A DNA stretch of 64,000 nucleotides from Octopus vulgaris. Lineage: Eukaryota. The notes beneath the pieces were generated by a model. The model had not been told where the DNA came from. It saw only the letters and a list, made by a program, of their open reading frames with translations, and made no database searches. Every line of letters begins with the position of its first letter. The first letter of the stretch is position 1. Below are positions 39,349-52,347 of the stretch, piece by piece. The stretch lies in NCBI GenBank assembly GCA_951406725.2, contig OX597814.1:211854001-211918000 (forward strand). The letters are read 5' to 3'. The position numbers and the translations under genes were made by a program.

Positions 39349-40240
39349 TCACTGTCTAGAATAATCGAACTCGGAATCTTGGGGTTAGTAGCCGTATGCC
39401 CGTGGGCAATTATGGAGTGAAATTTAGGGCATATAAATCTAATATTCTCCTATCTTTCCTTAATACCTCTTCCCATATCTGCACTCGGTCTGCTTAGTAG
39501 ATTGTTGTCCTAGCATATGTGCTCATTCTTTCAGTTTTCGTATTTTCCAGTGGTGTTCTCTGCCTATTATTTTAACTTAATCCCACAAGGGGATGTGGTC
39601 TCCATTTTCCCATACATGATCAGCTTTACCAGATTTATCAATTTCACAGCTTTGCGATGTTCCTCTACACTTATTTTGAGGGGGTCGCATGTTTCACCTT
39701 TGTATAACCTACCATAGCTTCATGGGATGGAGTACACGCAGTTCTTAGTCATATTGTCTTCTATTGGTGGTTTTACTCGAAGGAGATATTTGTGAAGTGT
39801 TGTATTACTTTTGAATACTGTCCTAATGTCATATGGGCAGCATATCTTTTGTATCTTTTCGGAGCGGCCTTTCATATAGGGTAGACAGACTGTGGACAGT
39901 TTATCGGTTTCATCCTCTCTTTTCTTCCTATTGGAGTGGAGATTATGTTTTGGGGATAGTTGTTGCTTAATAGATTGTTACTGAACTTGATCGTTTCTTC
40001 GTTGTGGGTATCACTATCTCTACTTATATTCATTGTTCGATGTATTAGGCACTGAGCAATCCCTCTCTTTACACAGTACGGATGATAGGAGATAGAGTTG
40101 AGGTATTGTCCAGTGAAGGTCGGCTTGCGATATACGGAAGTCCTGAATCCATACTTGGTGCGTGTTATTAATACGTACAGGAATACTAGATGATTGTCTT
40201 TTTTCTTTTTCATCGTGGATGGCTTTATTTTCATATGGAT
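39118..40240 (-). mobile_element. 5'-truncated Penelope/Poseidon-type PLE: RT thumb, GIY-YIG endonuclease, then a 3' region with tRNA-like segment, (AAT)n and broken HHR
   Basis: FRTSVYRKPTFTGQYLNSISYHP; NCVYSIP..LYKGETC..EEHRKA; 3' module matches 9330-9530. Confidence 0.85.
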
Positions 40241-40299
40241 GGCTTTATTGAGTTCAACTGACCTAGCCAAATGAAAGACATAATTCAATGTAATTGTCA

Positions 40300-40650
40300 T
40301 ATAACTGCGCGAGAGATTTCAGATATGTTAAATGAATCTCAGAAAACAATTGAAAATCATTTAAAATATCTTGTGCCTGTTAAAAAGCTCGATATTTGGG
40401 TACCATATAAATTGAAAGAGATTCACTGAACACAACAAATCAATATGTGCCATTTGCATCTCACACGAAATGAAATCAATCTTTGCTTGAAACGAATAAT
40501 CACTGGTGATACCAAAACGGATTGTTTGCAATAAAATCACTCGAAAACAATCACGGTTCAAGCGTAATGAACCAGCACAAACCACATCGAAAGCTGAATT
40601 GCATCAAAACGATCTCATCCTGTCAATTTGGTGGGATTACGAAGTGCTGC
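40300..40650 (+). mobile_element. Mariner transposase fragment
   Basis: KKLDIWVPYKLKE, LKRIITGD, QTTSKAELHQ, LSIWWDY. Confidence 0.75.
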
Positions 40651-40829
40651 TTCAGATATGCAATTAGTATCCGTCACTACACTACACTACATCCGTAAAG
40701 TACATTTTCGGTCACGTACTGACATAAGTTTTTATTTGAGCAGTTGCACCCATTATCTAACATCACATGGTTTTTATTGCGAGTGGGCCTTCCTATAATA
40801 TTAGAACAGGACCTGTTCAAGTTGGCTCA

Positions 40830-41450
40830 TAAGTACTTTTTAACCAGTAAGTTTCAAACTCCGTATACTGGTGGAATTTGTCACCCAGAACACGGTTTAC
40901 TCTGCAAATGTTTGATAAAATTTCGTATTTTAGAATTTATTTCGTGTTAAAGTTGTCGTATTTGGGTAATTTTTGCCAATCATCGACGTATATTCAGTCG
41001 AAGAAAGCTACTGCTATTTGCGATGGTAATCAGAGAGAAACAACTTCCGGGTCATCTCTACTAAATGTCACCACTTTGTTCTGTTTTAGTTTTTTGTTTA
41101 CTTGCTACGTTGGATACCAAACGCTTTTTTTTTTTTTTTTTTAGGTTCTCGCGTCAGGTTAACCAGTCCGAAGCTAGCTTTTGTTGTTGTTGACGTGCAT
41201 GTTGTTGTTGTTGACGTTTCAAGATGCCTTATTTTACAATTACGAGAGGAATTGTTATCGCAAACAGCAGCAGCTTTCTTCAAATGAAAGCACGTCATTG
41301 ATTGGCTAGAATTGTCCAAATACGACAACTGTAACACAGAATAACTTTTAAAATACGAATTTTTCAAAAATATTCACAGTAAACAGTGTTCTTAGTGGGA
41401 ATTTCCACTAGTATACGAAGTTTCAAACTTTTTAGTTAAAAAGAATTAAT
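40830..41450. mobile_element. MITE/foldback element with ~200-bp imperfect TIRs
   Basis: 40830-41030 is the reverse complement of ~41250-41450. Confidence 0.75.
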
Positions 41451-41519
41451 TAAAACATCTGTGCTCCACACTGTACAGATTCTTAGGACATATAGGACCA
41501 TGACATGATCTTGTGAGTT

Positions 41520-42440
41520 AATATTGCTGGTATTGGTGTTACTAGGAGGAATATTACTATTATTGGGATCATTACCATTAAAATTCGTTGCTAAGCCCGG
41601 TGTAAAGGAATGTGGATAATCAGCATAGCCGTAAGAGAATACGCCCTCAGATTATGACATTAAGGGTTTGTGGGTGGGCGATATAACAGAATGGTAGTTG
41701 GTGTTATATTCATTGAGCGTATCAACGACAGGAAACGAAACTTGTACGTTACGATCAGAGGAAAGTGCGTCAGGGTTGTAGAGAGTTGTTGAGGGTGAGA
41801 GAGTTAGTTGTAGTCAATGTTACTACAGTTGCTATCAATTGCAGTAAGCTGACTGAGCCTTTATTGTTATAGCTACTAACTGAAAGGACTTTCTCGCTAG
41901 CGATATAAATATGAAGAATATTAGTGTCAGCTGCGTTGGTAGTGCTAAATCGATTTTTCTTCTTATCGTTCGTGCGAGAATTATCATTTGGTGATGTGCT
42001 ATTTGGAGCATTATTACTAATAATCTGAGCCATGGCTACGCATTTATTTTTCATGCCAGCTATATTTGCGTCCAGATTGGGGAATGTTCAATAGGATACC
42101 CTAACATTTTTACGGGAGAGTAAACGGTTGTATCTATGTTACGAAGGGATGCTCTGCTACGTAATTTGCGAAATAATTCATGTGACGGAAGGAAGTATGT
42201 TAAATAATTTGCTGCATGAATTAGTATCTATTACGTAATTGAAGGGAGGTTTATAACAAATTACGTTACTTTTTTTTCTCATATTTTTCCTTTGTATCAT
42301 CTATGCTTCGTATAATTAGTTGCTGATCCATGTTATTGTTTGTATTATTGCCGAAATGTTCACTGACCCTATTGATACCATACTTACTATTCTCCCTCTT
42401 AGTAACCACCCGGATCCCCATATCAGTATACCTAATATTT
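41520..42440 (-). mobile_element. Old Naiad-type PLE linker fragment
   Basis: VICYKPPFNYVIDTN..RYNRLLSRKNVRVSY*TFPNL followed by an Asn/Thr-rich tract, as in ORF 47591. Confidence 0.6.
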
Positions 42441-42445
42441 ATTAA

Positions 42446-42677
42446 AAGGCGGCGAGCTGGCAGTAACGTTAGCACGTCGGGCGAAATGCTTAGCGGTATT
42501 TCGTCTGCCTTACGTTGTGAGTTCAAATTCCGCCGAGGTCGACTTTGCCTTTCATCCTTTCGGGGTCGATAAATTAAGTACCAGTTACGCACTGGGGTCG
42601 ATGTAATCGACTTAATACCTATGTCTGTCCTTGTTTGTCCCCTCTATGTTTAGCCCCTTGTGGGTAATAAAGAAATA
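42446..42677 (+). mobile_element. Young tRNA-derived SINE, family B, with 19-bp TSD
   Basis: A/B boxes present; AGTATACCTAATATTTATT duplicated at 42425-42443 and 42678-42696. Confidence 0.9.
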
Positions 42678-43706
42678 AGTATACCTAATATTTATTCCCT
42701 GGATCACATCAACACGTTTATTAAAATTATTATTTTAATTTTTACCGCCTTTATTATTGACGAACATTTTTGGCCTTCCAATTTCACAACTACAACTTAA
42801 AGGGTTAGTGATAATCCTCATACTATTTCTATGTACTTCATTTTCAAGTATGGGCGATTTAATCAGGCCTTTGGGTATACCAGAATTACTAGAGTCTGTA
42901 TAACATCGTCCAAACTTCTCTTAATTAAATTGGTATAAGTTATAACGTAATTATCACCATCGGCATCTTCAATTCGCCTATCATTACTTCTCCAGTCTCT
43001 CAAATAAACCAGTCTATCTGTTTCCAGTTTACTTCATCTAACCCCAGTCACAAATTATAAATATCATATTACAACTTCTTGCAAATTCTTAACCTAATCC
43101 CACCTGCTAATGCACATAAGAGCAAATTTTGTTTTTATGTGTGTGTTTTTCGCCTTTCATGGTCAGCTTTGGCTGACTTCACGCATGTTCCCACTGTATT
43201 CATGAGTTATTCTATTGTTTTGACATGTTTCATCTGATAATTATGGCTTTTTTGAAGTGATGTATTGTACACATTCTTCGATTAAAATGCGTTAAAGGAG
43301 ATGTAATGAACAGATATTTATGCATTGTCTGATATTCTTTATTTGCTTGTAATGCACCATAGGTATACACGACATATGGCACACCATGGAGTATACAAAA
43401 GAACATATGAACAACACAACGTGTATTTTGGACCGGCCCCTAAGCGCTTAAAACTCGCAGGGTTGGTATTCTCAACGTGCAAAACCTAACTATTTTGCTG
43501 GATATTTAATCTAACATATGTGGTGACCAAAAAGTTTTATCCAATCCTACTCGGCGTATATCCTTTTAAGCACCAGATTCTATGAAGAATACATATATGT
43601 ATGTAATGTAATTTTTCCGAAACTTCAGATTTTTAAATATGCTAGACCACTGGTTTTAGATTGATATGAATCAAATGAATATTCAATTGTTCTCCCTTAT
43701 TATTTT

Positions 43707-43746
<40 letters not shown>

Positions 43747-43939
43747 AAATTAGAGAATGGAGAAACATACTTAAATCAGTAAAACATCAACTATCCGATG
43801 ATACTCAATCCATACTTTAATACACCATTACATATGAGTAAAGGCAATATATAAAATGAAATGAGATATACAGTAATAGTAAAAGTAAAAAGATAAAGAG
43901 ATATAAGTAAAAAATTTCAAATATAATATGCAAATAAAT

Positions 43940-44056
43940 CAAAACTGACAGCTGTTTCGGCAGTGAGGACAGTCATACCTCATTTAACCTATAAGCCATA
44001 AAGGCAGGTATAAATGAGGCATTAACAAGGATGCCCCACGGCCTCTTCAGAGAATT
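43940..44056 (-). ncRNA. Hammerhead ribozyme, mirror copy
   Basis: Reverse complement of 51188-51305. Confidence 0.85.
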
Positions 44057-44393
44057 AAATTAAATTTGTTATAATAGTGAAAAATATTATATAATCATAT
44101 ACATATAAATATAAAAATATAAAAATGTAAAATATAAAAACTTATACATCATAATGCTACATTTATATAATATAATACACATTTGTACAAAAAGGAAGGT
44201 AAACAGAACAATATAAAACAAAATATATAACAGTGTATATATTAATATTAATAAGTACCGATATTATACATATTTGGCTAATAGTTTTATTTATAAAAAA
44301 AAAGGGCTAACACATATGGAGATGAAAAATAATAATTAAATCCGTGGTACAGTTCATAAAATTCTAAAGCTATAAAAGTTAATAAAAATTACT

Positions 44394-44443
<50 letters not shown>

Positions 44444-46194
44444 TAAAAATAATAATAATAAAAATACTAAAAATAGATACAGTTAAGTTAGCACCAAGTC
44501 CATCCTTTCAAGATCGAAATAACTATGAGTTAAGAAATGCTGACCACTAGGTAAAGAAAATTTAGATTAATTCGATTGGCTATTGGTTTGAAATTTAAAT
44601 CACAAAAGAAAATTATACGGTTGGTTAGTCAAGGAACGCCAATATTCACACACGCATCTACAGATCAATCGCACATACACACATAGTTATATGTATATAC
44701 ATACACTTATACACATACAAAATTACAAGCAACAACTAGCACTTAGATAAACAAAAAAGGGAAGCAACTATGCTAACATTTAGTCCTTCAAAATTATAAC
44801 TGAGCCTTAATAACAAAAAAAGAACCATCCATGCATTCTATAAAATATTTAATTTAGATATAAATATATTTTTAAATATCAGTATGTTACTAATTCAGAT
44901 AATTATTTCATGGGTAACTTAAAATTTATAACACCGGTTTGTTACAGAGTAAACATACGGTTGTTAGGTTTATCGTAAGTTTGTTATGATTTTAAGTACG
45001 CTAAATTATAAAATATAAAATATAAAATATATATTAATTTAAATATTATAAATAAGTCACTTATTAACTTAATAAACATAGTGCCATAATATACCAGTTT
45101 AGGCATTAAAGAATAGAAGGGGAAGTATTAATGTAAACGCTTATGAGAACATCACAGAAATTTTAAATAAATTTTATATTATAAAGACTTAGGATGAAAA
45201 GAGATAAAATAAATAAAAAGGAATAAATACGAAGGAATAAATACGGTTATACACATAATTATAAGTACAAACTAGTATATATGTATTCATATATTATTAA
45301 AATTAAATACAAATAAATGATAGATATGTATGTATAAAACTACACCAGTATAAGTAAATAAGTAAAAAATAAATAGGTAACAAATTAGATGACTTGATAT
45401 GTATGTAAACATCTACACTTAAATAGGCAAATAAATAAATGAATAGAAGACTAGATGCAAAGATTGATAATATTACAATAAAATGGGAAATAAATAAAAA
45501 TAAATAAAGTGAATATATATATTTTATATATATTTTATATTGTTGAAAGTAAATATGTATGGAAGGATAGTTTAAAGTACAGATCCAGAGGACTATAGAT
45601 ATAAACTAAATATATGAGGCTGGTAATAATTATAAAGCAAAATGCATGTAAATGAGAAAATGAAAAAAAGAAAAATGAAAAAGGTTTATCAGTGAATAGC
45701 ATAAGATACAAATTAAGGTGAGTACAAAAAGACCAAATATATAATAAAAACCTTCCAAATAAACACATACAAAAAACCTATAATCTCAACCTAAAAGCAC
45801 CAAACTCATAAAAGGCCCTCATATATTACATATTATACAATATCATTACATTATCTAGAGCTAGGTATCTAACCAAGATATACATATATACTATGCAATA
45901 TACTATGCAATATTGGAAAACTTCAAAAATCACACATTACAAGGCAAATACCAAAATGAATATGCTATTTTATGTCATATTGCATTTCTCTTAAAAAAAC
46001 AAACAAAAACCCACATACAAAAATCAAGAAACCAATAATACTAGACACATCCATTAATTATTATACAAATGTAGCTATAAAAATTATAAAATTATGAAAT
46101 TTATAAATTGTATACTTTAGAATTATAGAGGACCACAGGTATATTTAGTTAAAGAAGGGAATTAAAAAATTAATAATAGTGGAAGTGCTAAGTT

Positions 46195-47385
46195 CTATTT
46201 GAATCTAGAAAAGGTGAACGGTAGCCTATGAATACAAAGAAGTTTTCTCATTAATGTTGTTAATAATTTGCCGACCCGCTTTAATAATGAAGAAAATTTC
46301 ATTAATACATAGAGAGCATTTTTTTTTTTTCCATTATACACAGGTGCTGAAGTTAGTATTTTCCAGTTTAATCTAAAATCTAAGTTCTTACTTTTAAGTT
46401 CCCAAATGTATGCACTTAGCCCTGTAGAGTACATTCTATTTTTATTCCTAAAAGTATATCTGTGATAATTCCATCTTTGTTTTATGCTATTCATAGTTGC
46501 ACTGATATACACCCTACTACTCAATTGTGTATCTACAGTGCATTGGTAAACTACCTCCTTCCTGAGGCATTGATTACCAAATACACATTTATTTTTATTT
46601 CTGCAATTACAAAGATTAACAGAATGAGGAAATCTAAGATTGGACACCACCCCTATACTACTATTCACATTATAAGTGTTACAATTGTTATCATCATTCA
46701 AACCCAAAATCAACGAATGAGTTAATTTCACATTATCGGCTATATTTCTATCACTAGTACTAGTATTGGTAGTAGTAGTATGATCTATTACATTTATATT
46801 ATCTCTGACAGGTATGGTGCACTCATTATTAGTAAGGAGGTTGTTCCCATTTGTTCCAAGAAAATTTCTATTCCTATTATTAATGAAGAGGGGCAAGTTA
46901 TCCTGGTCTAAATTCAATTTTCTATCCTTATAGAAGTGATCCAGTTTCTTGTTATTAAAAGAGGAGATAATGGTGGCTAGATTATGAGTAATGCTATATC
47001 CCACTCTAACAGTACCGTTGTTAATTAAAGGACTAAATTTATTCCTATCCTTACCAAAATGCCTAAAAATAACATTATGCAAAGCTCTCACTATGTTTGT
47101 TTTAATCTGCATTGCATACGGGATAATCAACCAAAGAGTATCCTTATCAGAATTAGGATTGCCTATAGAATTAATGTTATTTGTGAAAATCCTATTCGTA
47201 GACCAACTCATAGGATTACTATTCTTACCACTGTTATTATTATATCTATCTATATCAATATTACCATGGTTATTGCGCAAGTAAACTTTACCATTATCAT
47301 GTCTACCATAAATTTTAATTCGTATATTATTATTAATATTACTACTATTACCTGTATGCTTAGATCTATTTGAGCTACCGTTCAC
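46195..47385 (-). pseudogene. Mirror copy of the Naiad GIY-YIG ORF with lesions
   Basis: YIG changed to YIS; frameshifts near 47390 and ~46325. Confidence 0.8.
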
Positions 47386-47590
47386 CTTTCAAGGTTAACG
47401 TCACTTCTACATTTATTATAGGTGTTATCATATATTCTATTTTTACTATTCTTATGTATATTGTTGATTATCCTAAATCTATTTGTGTTGTTCCTGATAG
47501 TTCTACCTCCATTAGGGGGTTCCCCTTAGGTATAAACCAAATCTTACTTTTATATCCTGTCTTAAGTAATGCTGCATTGTATCTATCACA

Positions 47591-49054
47591 GTGCGTAGCA
47601 TTAGTCAGAGAATTTCTAGTTTATCCTCAAACGAGGAAATTTTTAACAAACACTGTGATAGATACAATGCAGCATTACTTAAGACAGGATATAAAAGTAA
47701 GATTTGGTTTATACCTAAGGGGAACCCCCCTAATGGAGGTAGAACTATCAGGAACAACACAAATAGATTTAGGATAATCAACAATATACATAAGAATAGT
47801 AAAAATAGAATATATGATAACACCTATAATAAATGTAGAAGTGACGTTAACCTTGGAAAGGTGAACGGTAGCTCAAATAGATCTAAGCATACGGGTAATA
47901 GTAGTAATATTAATAATAATATACGAATTAAAATTTATGGTAGACATGATAATGGTAAAGTTTACTTGCGCAATAACCATGGTAATATTGATATAGATAG
48001 ATATAATAATAACAGTGGTAAGAATAGTAATCCTATAAGTTGGTCTACGAATAGGATTTTCACAAATAACATTAATTCTATAGGCAATCCTAATTCTGAT
48101 AAGGATACTCTTTGGTTGATTATCCCGTATGCAATGCAGATTAAAACAAACATAGTGAGAGCTTTGCATAATGTTATTTTTAGGCATTTTGGTAAGGATA
48201 GGAATAAATTTAGTCCTTTAATTAACAACGGTACTGTTAGAGTGGGATATAGCATTACTCATAATCTAGCCACCATTATCTCCTCTTTTAATAACAAGAA
48301 ACTGGATCACTTCTATAAGGATAGAAAATTGAATTTAGACCAGGATAACTTGCCCCTCTTCATTAATAATAGGAATAGAAATTTTCTTGGAACAAATGGG
48401 AACAACCTCCTTACTAATAATGAGTGCACCATACCTGTCAGAGATAATATAAATGTAATAGATCATACTACTACTACCAATACTAGTACTAGTGATAGAA
48501 ATATAGCCGATAATGTGAAATTAACTCATTCGTTGATTTTGGGTTTGAATGATGATAACAATTGTAACACTTATAATGTGAATAGTAGTATAGGGGTGGT
48601 GTCCAATCTTAGATTTCCTCATTCTGTTAATCTTTGTAATTGCAGAAATAAAAATAAATGTGTATTTGGTAATCAATGCCTCAGGAAGGAGGTAGTTTAC
48701 CAATGCACTGTAGATACACAATTGAGTAGTAGGGTGTATATCGGTGCAACTATGAATAGCATAAAACAAAGATGGAATTATCACAGATATACTTTTAGGA
48801 ATAAAAATAGAATGTACTCTACAGGGCTAAGTGCATACATTTGGGAACTTAAAAGTAAGAACTTAGATTTTAGATTAAACTGGAAAATACTAACTTCAGC
48901 ACCTGTGTATAATGGAAAAAATAAAAAATGCTCTCTATGTATTAATGAAATTTTCTTCATTATTAAAGCGGGTCGGCAAATTATTAACAACATTAATGAG
49001 AAAAACTTCTTTTGTATTCATAGGCTACCGTTCACCTTTTCTAGATTCAAATAG
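47591..49054 (+). CDS. PLE ORF C-terminal half: RT thumb, Asn-rich linkers, GIY-YIG endonuclease (RT core absent, no true start codon)
   Basis: ISQRISSLSSNEEIF..YNAAL; CNCRNKNKC..CLRKEVVY..VYIGAT..KQRWNYH..LSAYIWELK..WKIL..CSLC..CIH, a Naiad-type pattern. Confidence 0.85.
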   Translation: MRSISQRISSLSSNEEIFNKHCDRYNAALLKTGYKSKIWFIPKGNPPNGGRTIRNNTNRFRIINNIHKNSKNRIYDNTYNKCRSDVNLGKVNGSSNRSKHTGNSSNINNNIRIKIYGRHDNGKVYLRNNHGNIDIDRYNNNSGKNSNPISWSTNRIFTNNINSIGNPNSDKDTLWLIIPYAMQIKTNIVRALHNVIFRHFGKDRNKFSPLINNGTVRVGYSITHNLATIISSFNNKKLDHFYKDRKLNLDQDNLPLFINNRNRNFLGTNGNNLLTNNECTIPVRDNINVIDHTTTTNTSTSDRNIADNVKLTHSLILGLNDDNNCNTYNVNSSIGVVSNLRFPHSVNLCNCRNKNKCVFGNQCLRKEVVYQCTVDTQLSSRVYIGATMNSIKQRWNYHRYTFRNKNRMYSTGLSAYIWELKSKNLDFRLNWKILTSAPVYNGKNKKCSLCINEIFFIIKAGRQIINNINEKNFFCIHRLPFTFSRFK

Positions 49055-50807
49055 AACTTAGCACTTCCACTATTATTAATTTTTTAATTCCCTTCTTTAA
49101 CTAAATATACCTGTGGTCCTCTATAATTCTAAAGTATACAATTTATAAATTTCATAATTTTATAATTTTTATAGCTACATTTGTATAATAATTAATGGAT
49201 GTGTCTAGTATTATTGGTTTCTTGATTTTTGTATGTGGGTTTTTGTTTGTTTTTTTAAGAGAAATGCAATATGACATAAAATAGCATATTCATTTTGGTA
49301 TTTGCCTTGTAATGTGTGATTTTTGAAGTTTTCCAATATTGCATAGTATATTGCATAGTATATATGTATATCTTGGTTAGATACCTAGCTCTAGATAATG
49401 TAATGATATTGTATAATATGTAATATATGAGGGCCTTTTATGAGTTTGGTGCTTTTAGGTTGAGATTATAGGTTTTTTGTATGTGTTTATTTGGAAGGTT
49501 TTTATTATATATTTGGTCTTTTTGTACTCACCTTAATTTGTATCTTATGCTATTCACTGATAAACCTTTTTCATTTTTCTTTTTTTCATTTTCTCATTTA
49601 CATGCATTTTGCTTTATAATTATTACCAGCCTCATATATTTAGTTTATATCTATAGTCCTCTGGATCTGTACTTTAAACTATCCTTCCATACATATTTAC
49701 TTTCAACAATATAAAATATATATAAAATATATATATTCACTTTATTTATTTTTATTTATTTCCCATTTTATTGTAATATTATCAATCTTTGCATCTAGTC
49801 TTCTATTCATTTATTTATTTGCCTATTTAAGTGTAGATGTTTACATACATATCAAGTCATCTAATTTGTTACCTATTTATTTTTTACTTATTTACTTATA
49901 CTGGTGTAGTTTTATACATACATATCTATCATTTATTTGTATTTAATTTTAATAATATATGAATACATATATACTAGTTTGTACTTATAATTATGTGTAT
50001 AACCGTATTTATTCCTTCGTATTTATTCCTTTTTATTTATTTTATCTCTTTTCATCTTAAGTCTTTATAATATAAAATTTATTTAAAATTTCTGTGATGT
50101 TCTCATAAGCGTTTACATTAATACTTCCCCTTCTATTCTTTAATGCCTAAACTGGTATATTATGGCACTATGTTTATTAAGTTAATAAGTGACTTATTTA
50201 TAATATTTAAATTAATATATATTTTATATTTTATATTTTATAATTTAGCGTACTTAAAATCATAACAAACTTACGATAAACCTAACAACCGTATGTTTAC
50301 TCTGTAACAAACCGGTGTTATAAATTTTAAGTTACCCATGAAATAATTATCTGAATTAGTAACATACTGATATTTAAAAATATATTTATATCTAAATTAA
50401 ATATTTTATAGAATGCATGGATGGTTCTTTTTTTGTTATTAAGGCTCAGTTATAATTTTGAAGGACTAAATGTTAGCATAGTTGCTTCCCTTTTTTGTTT
50501 ATCTAAGTGCTAGTTGTTGCTTGTAATTTTGTATGTGTATAAGTGTATGTATATACATATAACTATGTGTGTATGTGCGATTGATCTGTAGATGCGTGTG
50601 TGAATATTGGCGTTCCTTGACTAACCAACCGTATAATTTTCTTTTGTGATTTAAATTTCAAACCAATAGCCAATCGAATTAATCTAAATTTTCTTTACCT
50701 AGTGGTCAGCATTTCTTAACTCATAGTTATTTCGATCTTGAAAGGATGGACTTGGTGCCAACTTAACTGTATCTATTTTTAGTATTTTTTTATTATTATT
50801 ATTTTTA

Positions 50808-50851
<44 letters not shown>

Positions 50852-51674
50852 AGTAATTTTTATTAACTTTTATAGCTTTAGAATTTTATGAACTGTACCA
50901 CGGATTTAATTATTATTTTTCATCTCCATATGTGTTAGCCCTTTTTTTTTATAAATAAAACTATTAGCCAAATATGTATAATATCGGTACTTATTAATAT
51001 TAATATATACACTGTTATATATTTTGTTTTATATTGTTCTGGTTACCTTCCTTTTTGTACAAATGTGTATTATATTATATAAGTGTAGCATTATGATGTA
51101 TAAGTTTTTATATTTTACATTTTTATATTTTTATATTTATATGTATATGATTATATAATATTTTTCACTATTATAACAAATTTAATTTAATTCTCTGAAG
51201 AGGCCGTGGGGCATCCTGTTAATGCCTCATTTATACCTGCCTTTATGGCTTATAGGTTAAATGAGGTATGACTGTCCTCACTGCCGAAACAGCTGTCAGT
51301 TTTGATTTATTTACATATTATATTTAAAATTTTTTACTTATATCTCTTTATCTTTTTACTTTTACTATTACTGTATATCTCATTTCATTTTATATATTGC
51401 CTTTACTCATATGTAATGGTGTATTAAAGTATGGATTGAGTATCATCGGATAGTTGATGTTTTACTGATTTAAGTATGTTTCTCCATTCTCTAATTTTGT
51501 AGTATTAATTTACGGTAATATTATTACCTTTACCCATTTAATACAATAGATGAACTGATTGCTTGACAATTTTTAACATCTATGTATTATTTTTGTTGGG
51601 TACCTATCTAGCAGTATATTGGATATATATTATCCCATGGTGGGTTGAATTTTCAACCCCTATCTCATTTTATA

Positions 51675-51680
<6 letters not shown>
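47594..51680 (+). mobile_element. 5'-truncated Naiad-type PLE with a ~2.6-kb AT-rich 3' region ending at (TA)n
   Basis: ORF, HHR and terminal hairpin GGGTTGAA TT TTCAACCC. Confidence 0.9.
51188..51305 (+). ncRNA. Type I hammerhead with a very long stem II
   Basis: CTGAAGA (51195)-GGCCGTGGGG..GCCTCATTTA..TAAATGAGGT..CCTCACTGCC-GAAA-C AGCT-GTC (51295-51297). Confidence 0.85.
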
Positions 51681-51710
<30 letters not shown>

Positions 51711-51762
51711 ACATTAATGTGGTTTTAGAGTCAAGCATGGTGGTATCTTTTAGATACGCTTA

Positions 51763-51797
<35 letters not shown>

Positions 51798-51799
51798 AT

Positions 51800-51829
<30 letters not shown>

Positions 51830-51830
<1 letters not shown>

Positions 51831-52020
51831 CCAATTAAGGACTGAACACGAAAAGTGGACAGTCAACATGCTAGATATAGACGTCAAATCGTCATTCTCC
51901 ACAAAAGATTATGTTCTCAAATCAAACTCAGCACAAAACCAAAGCAATAAACAAGTGAAAATATACGAAATAAAATAATTACCCATGTACTGATCAGTTT
52001 CGGCTATTATTATCCGCAAG
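51830..52020 (-). mobile_element. PLE-like 3' end truncated within an HHR (only the 3' half remains)
   Basis: Minus strand: GCC-GAAA-C TGATCA-GTA-CATGG at 51983-52004. Confidence 0.5.
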
Positions 52021-52287
52021 ACCACTGATTTTAATTGATAAATATCAATTTCTACCCTTAATTAATTTTATATATATATATATATATATAAGTATATAAA
52101 TTTATATAATTCGTTATTATATTCACTGCGGTGCTTATTTTAACCATATCGTACTTATGCGGTGATTTGGCGGGCGATTCAAACTGGCTGTGTCCATACG
52201 TGCATATGTATGTATGTACGACGCTCGTATATGTAAGTATATCGTTTGCTGTGCATATATATATCTGTATTGATGTACCCTTGATAT

Positions 52288-52347
52288 ATTCAATTGATGA
52301 CGGTAAAGCTTATCTAAAGCAGAACCAGAAATCCTTGGATCTTGAAT
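52288..52347 (+). ncRNA. Hammerhead motif (C3 changed to U, AUC triplet)
   Basis: ATTCAA-TTGATGA-CGGT..ACCA-GAAA-TCC TT GGA-TC-TTGAAT. Confidence 0.65.

Larger units (their letters stand above)
43743..47593 (-). mobile_element. Inverted arm of the Naiad PLE
   Basis: Reverse complement of 47651-51501 with few differences. Confidence 0.9.

Noticed and set aside
43215-43330. GAAACATGTC on the minus strand as an HHR half
   Set aside because: No matching CUGANGA or stems found
47591-51680. Selenoprotein-type Naiad with SECIS
   Set aside because: No in-frame UGA in the ORF and no SECIS recognised
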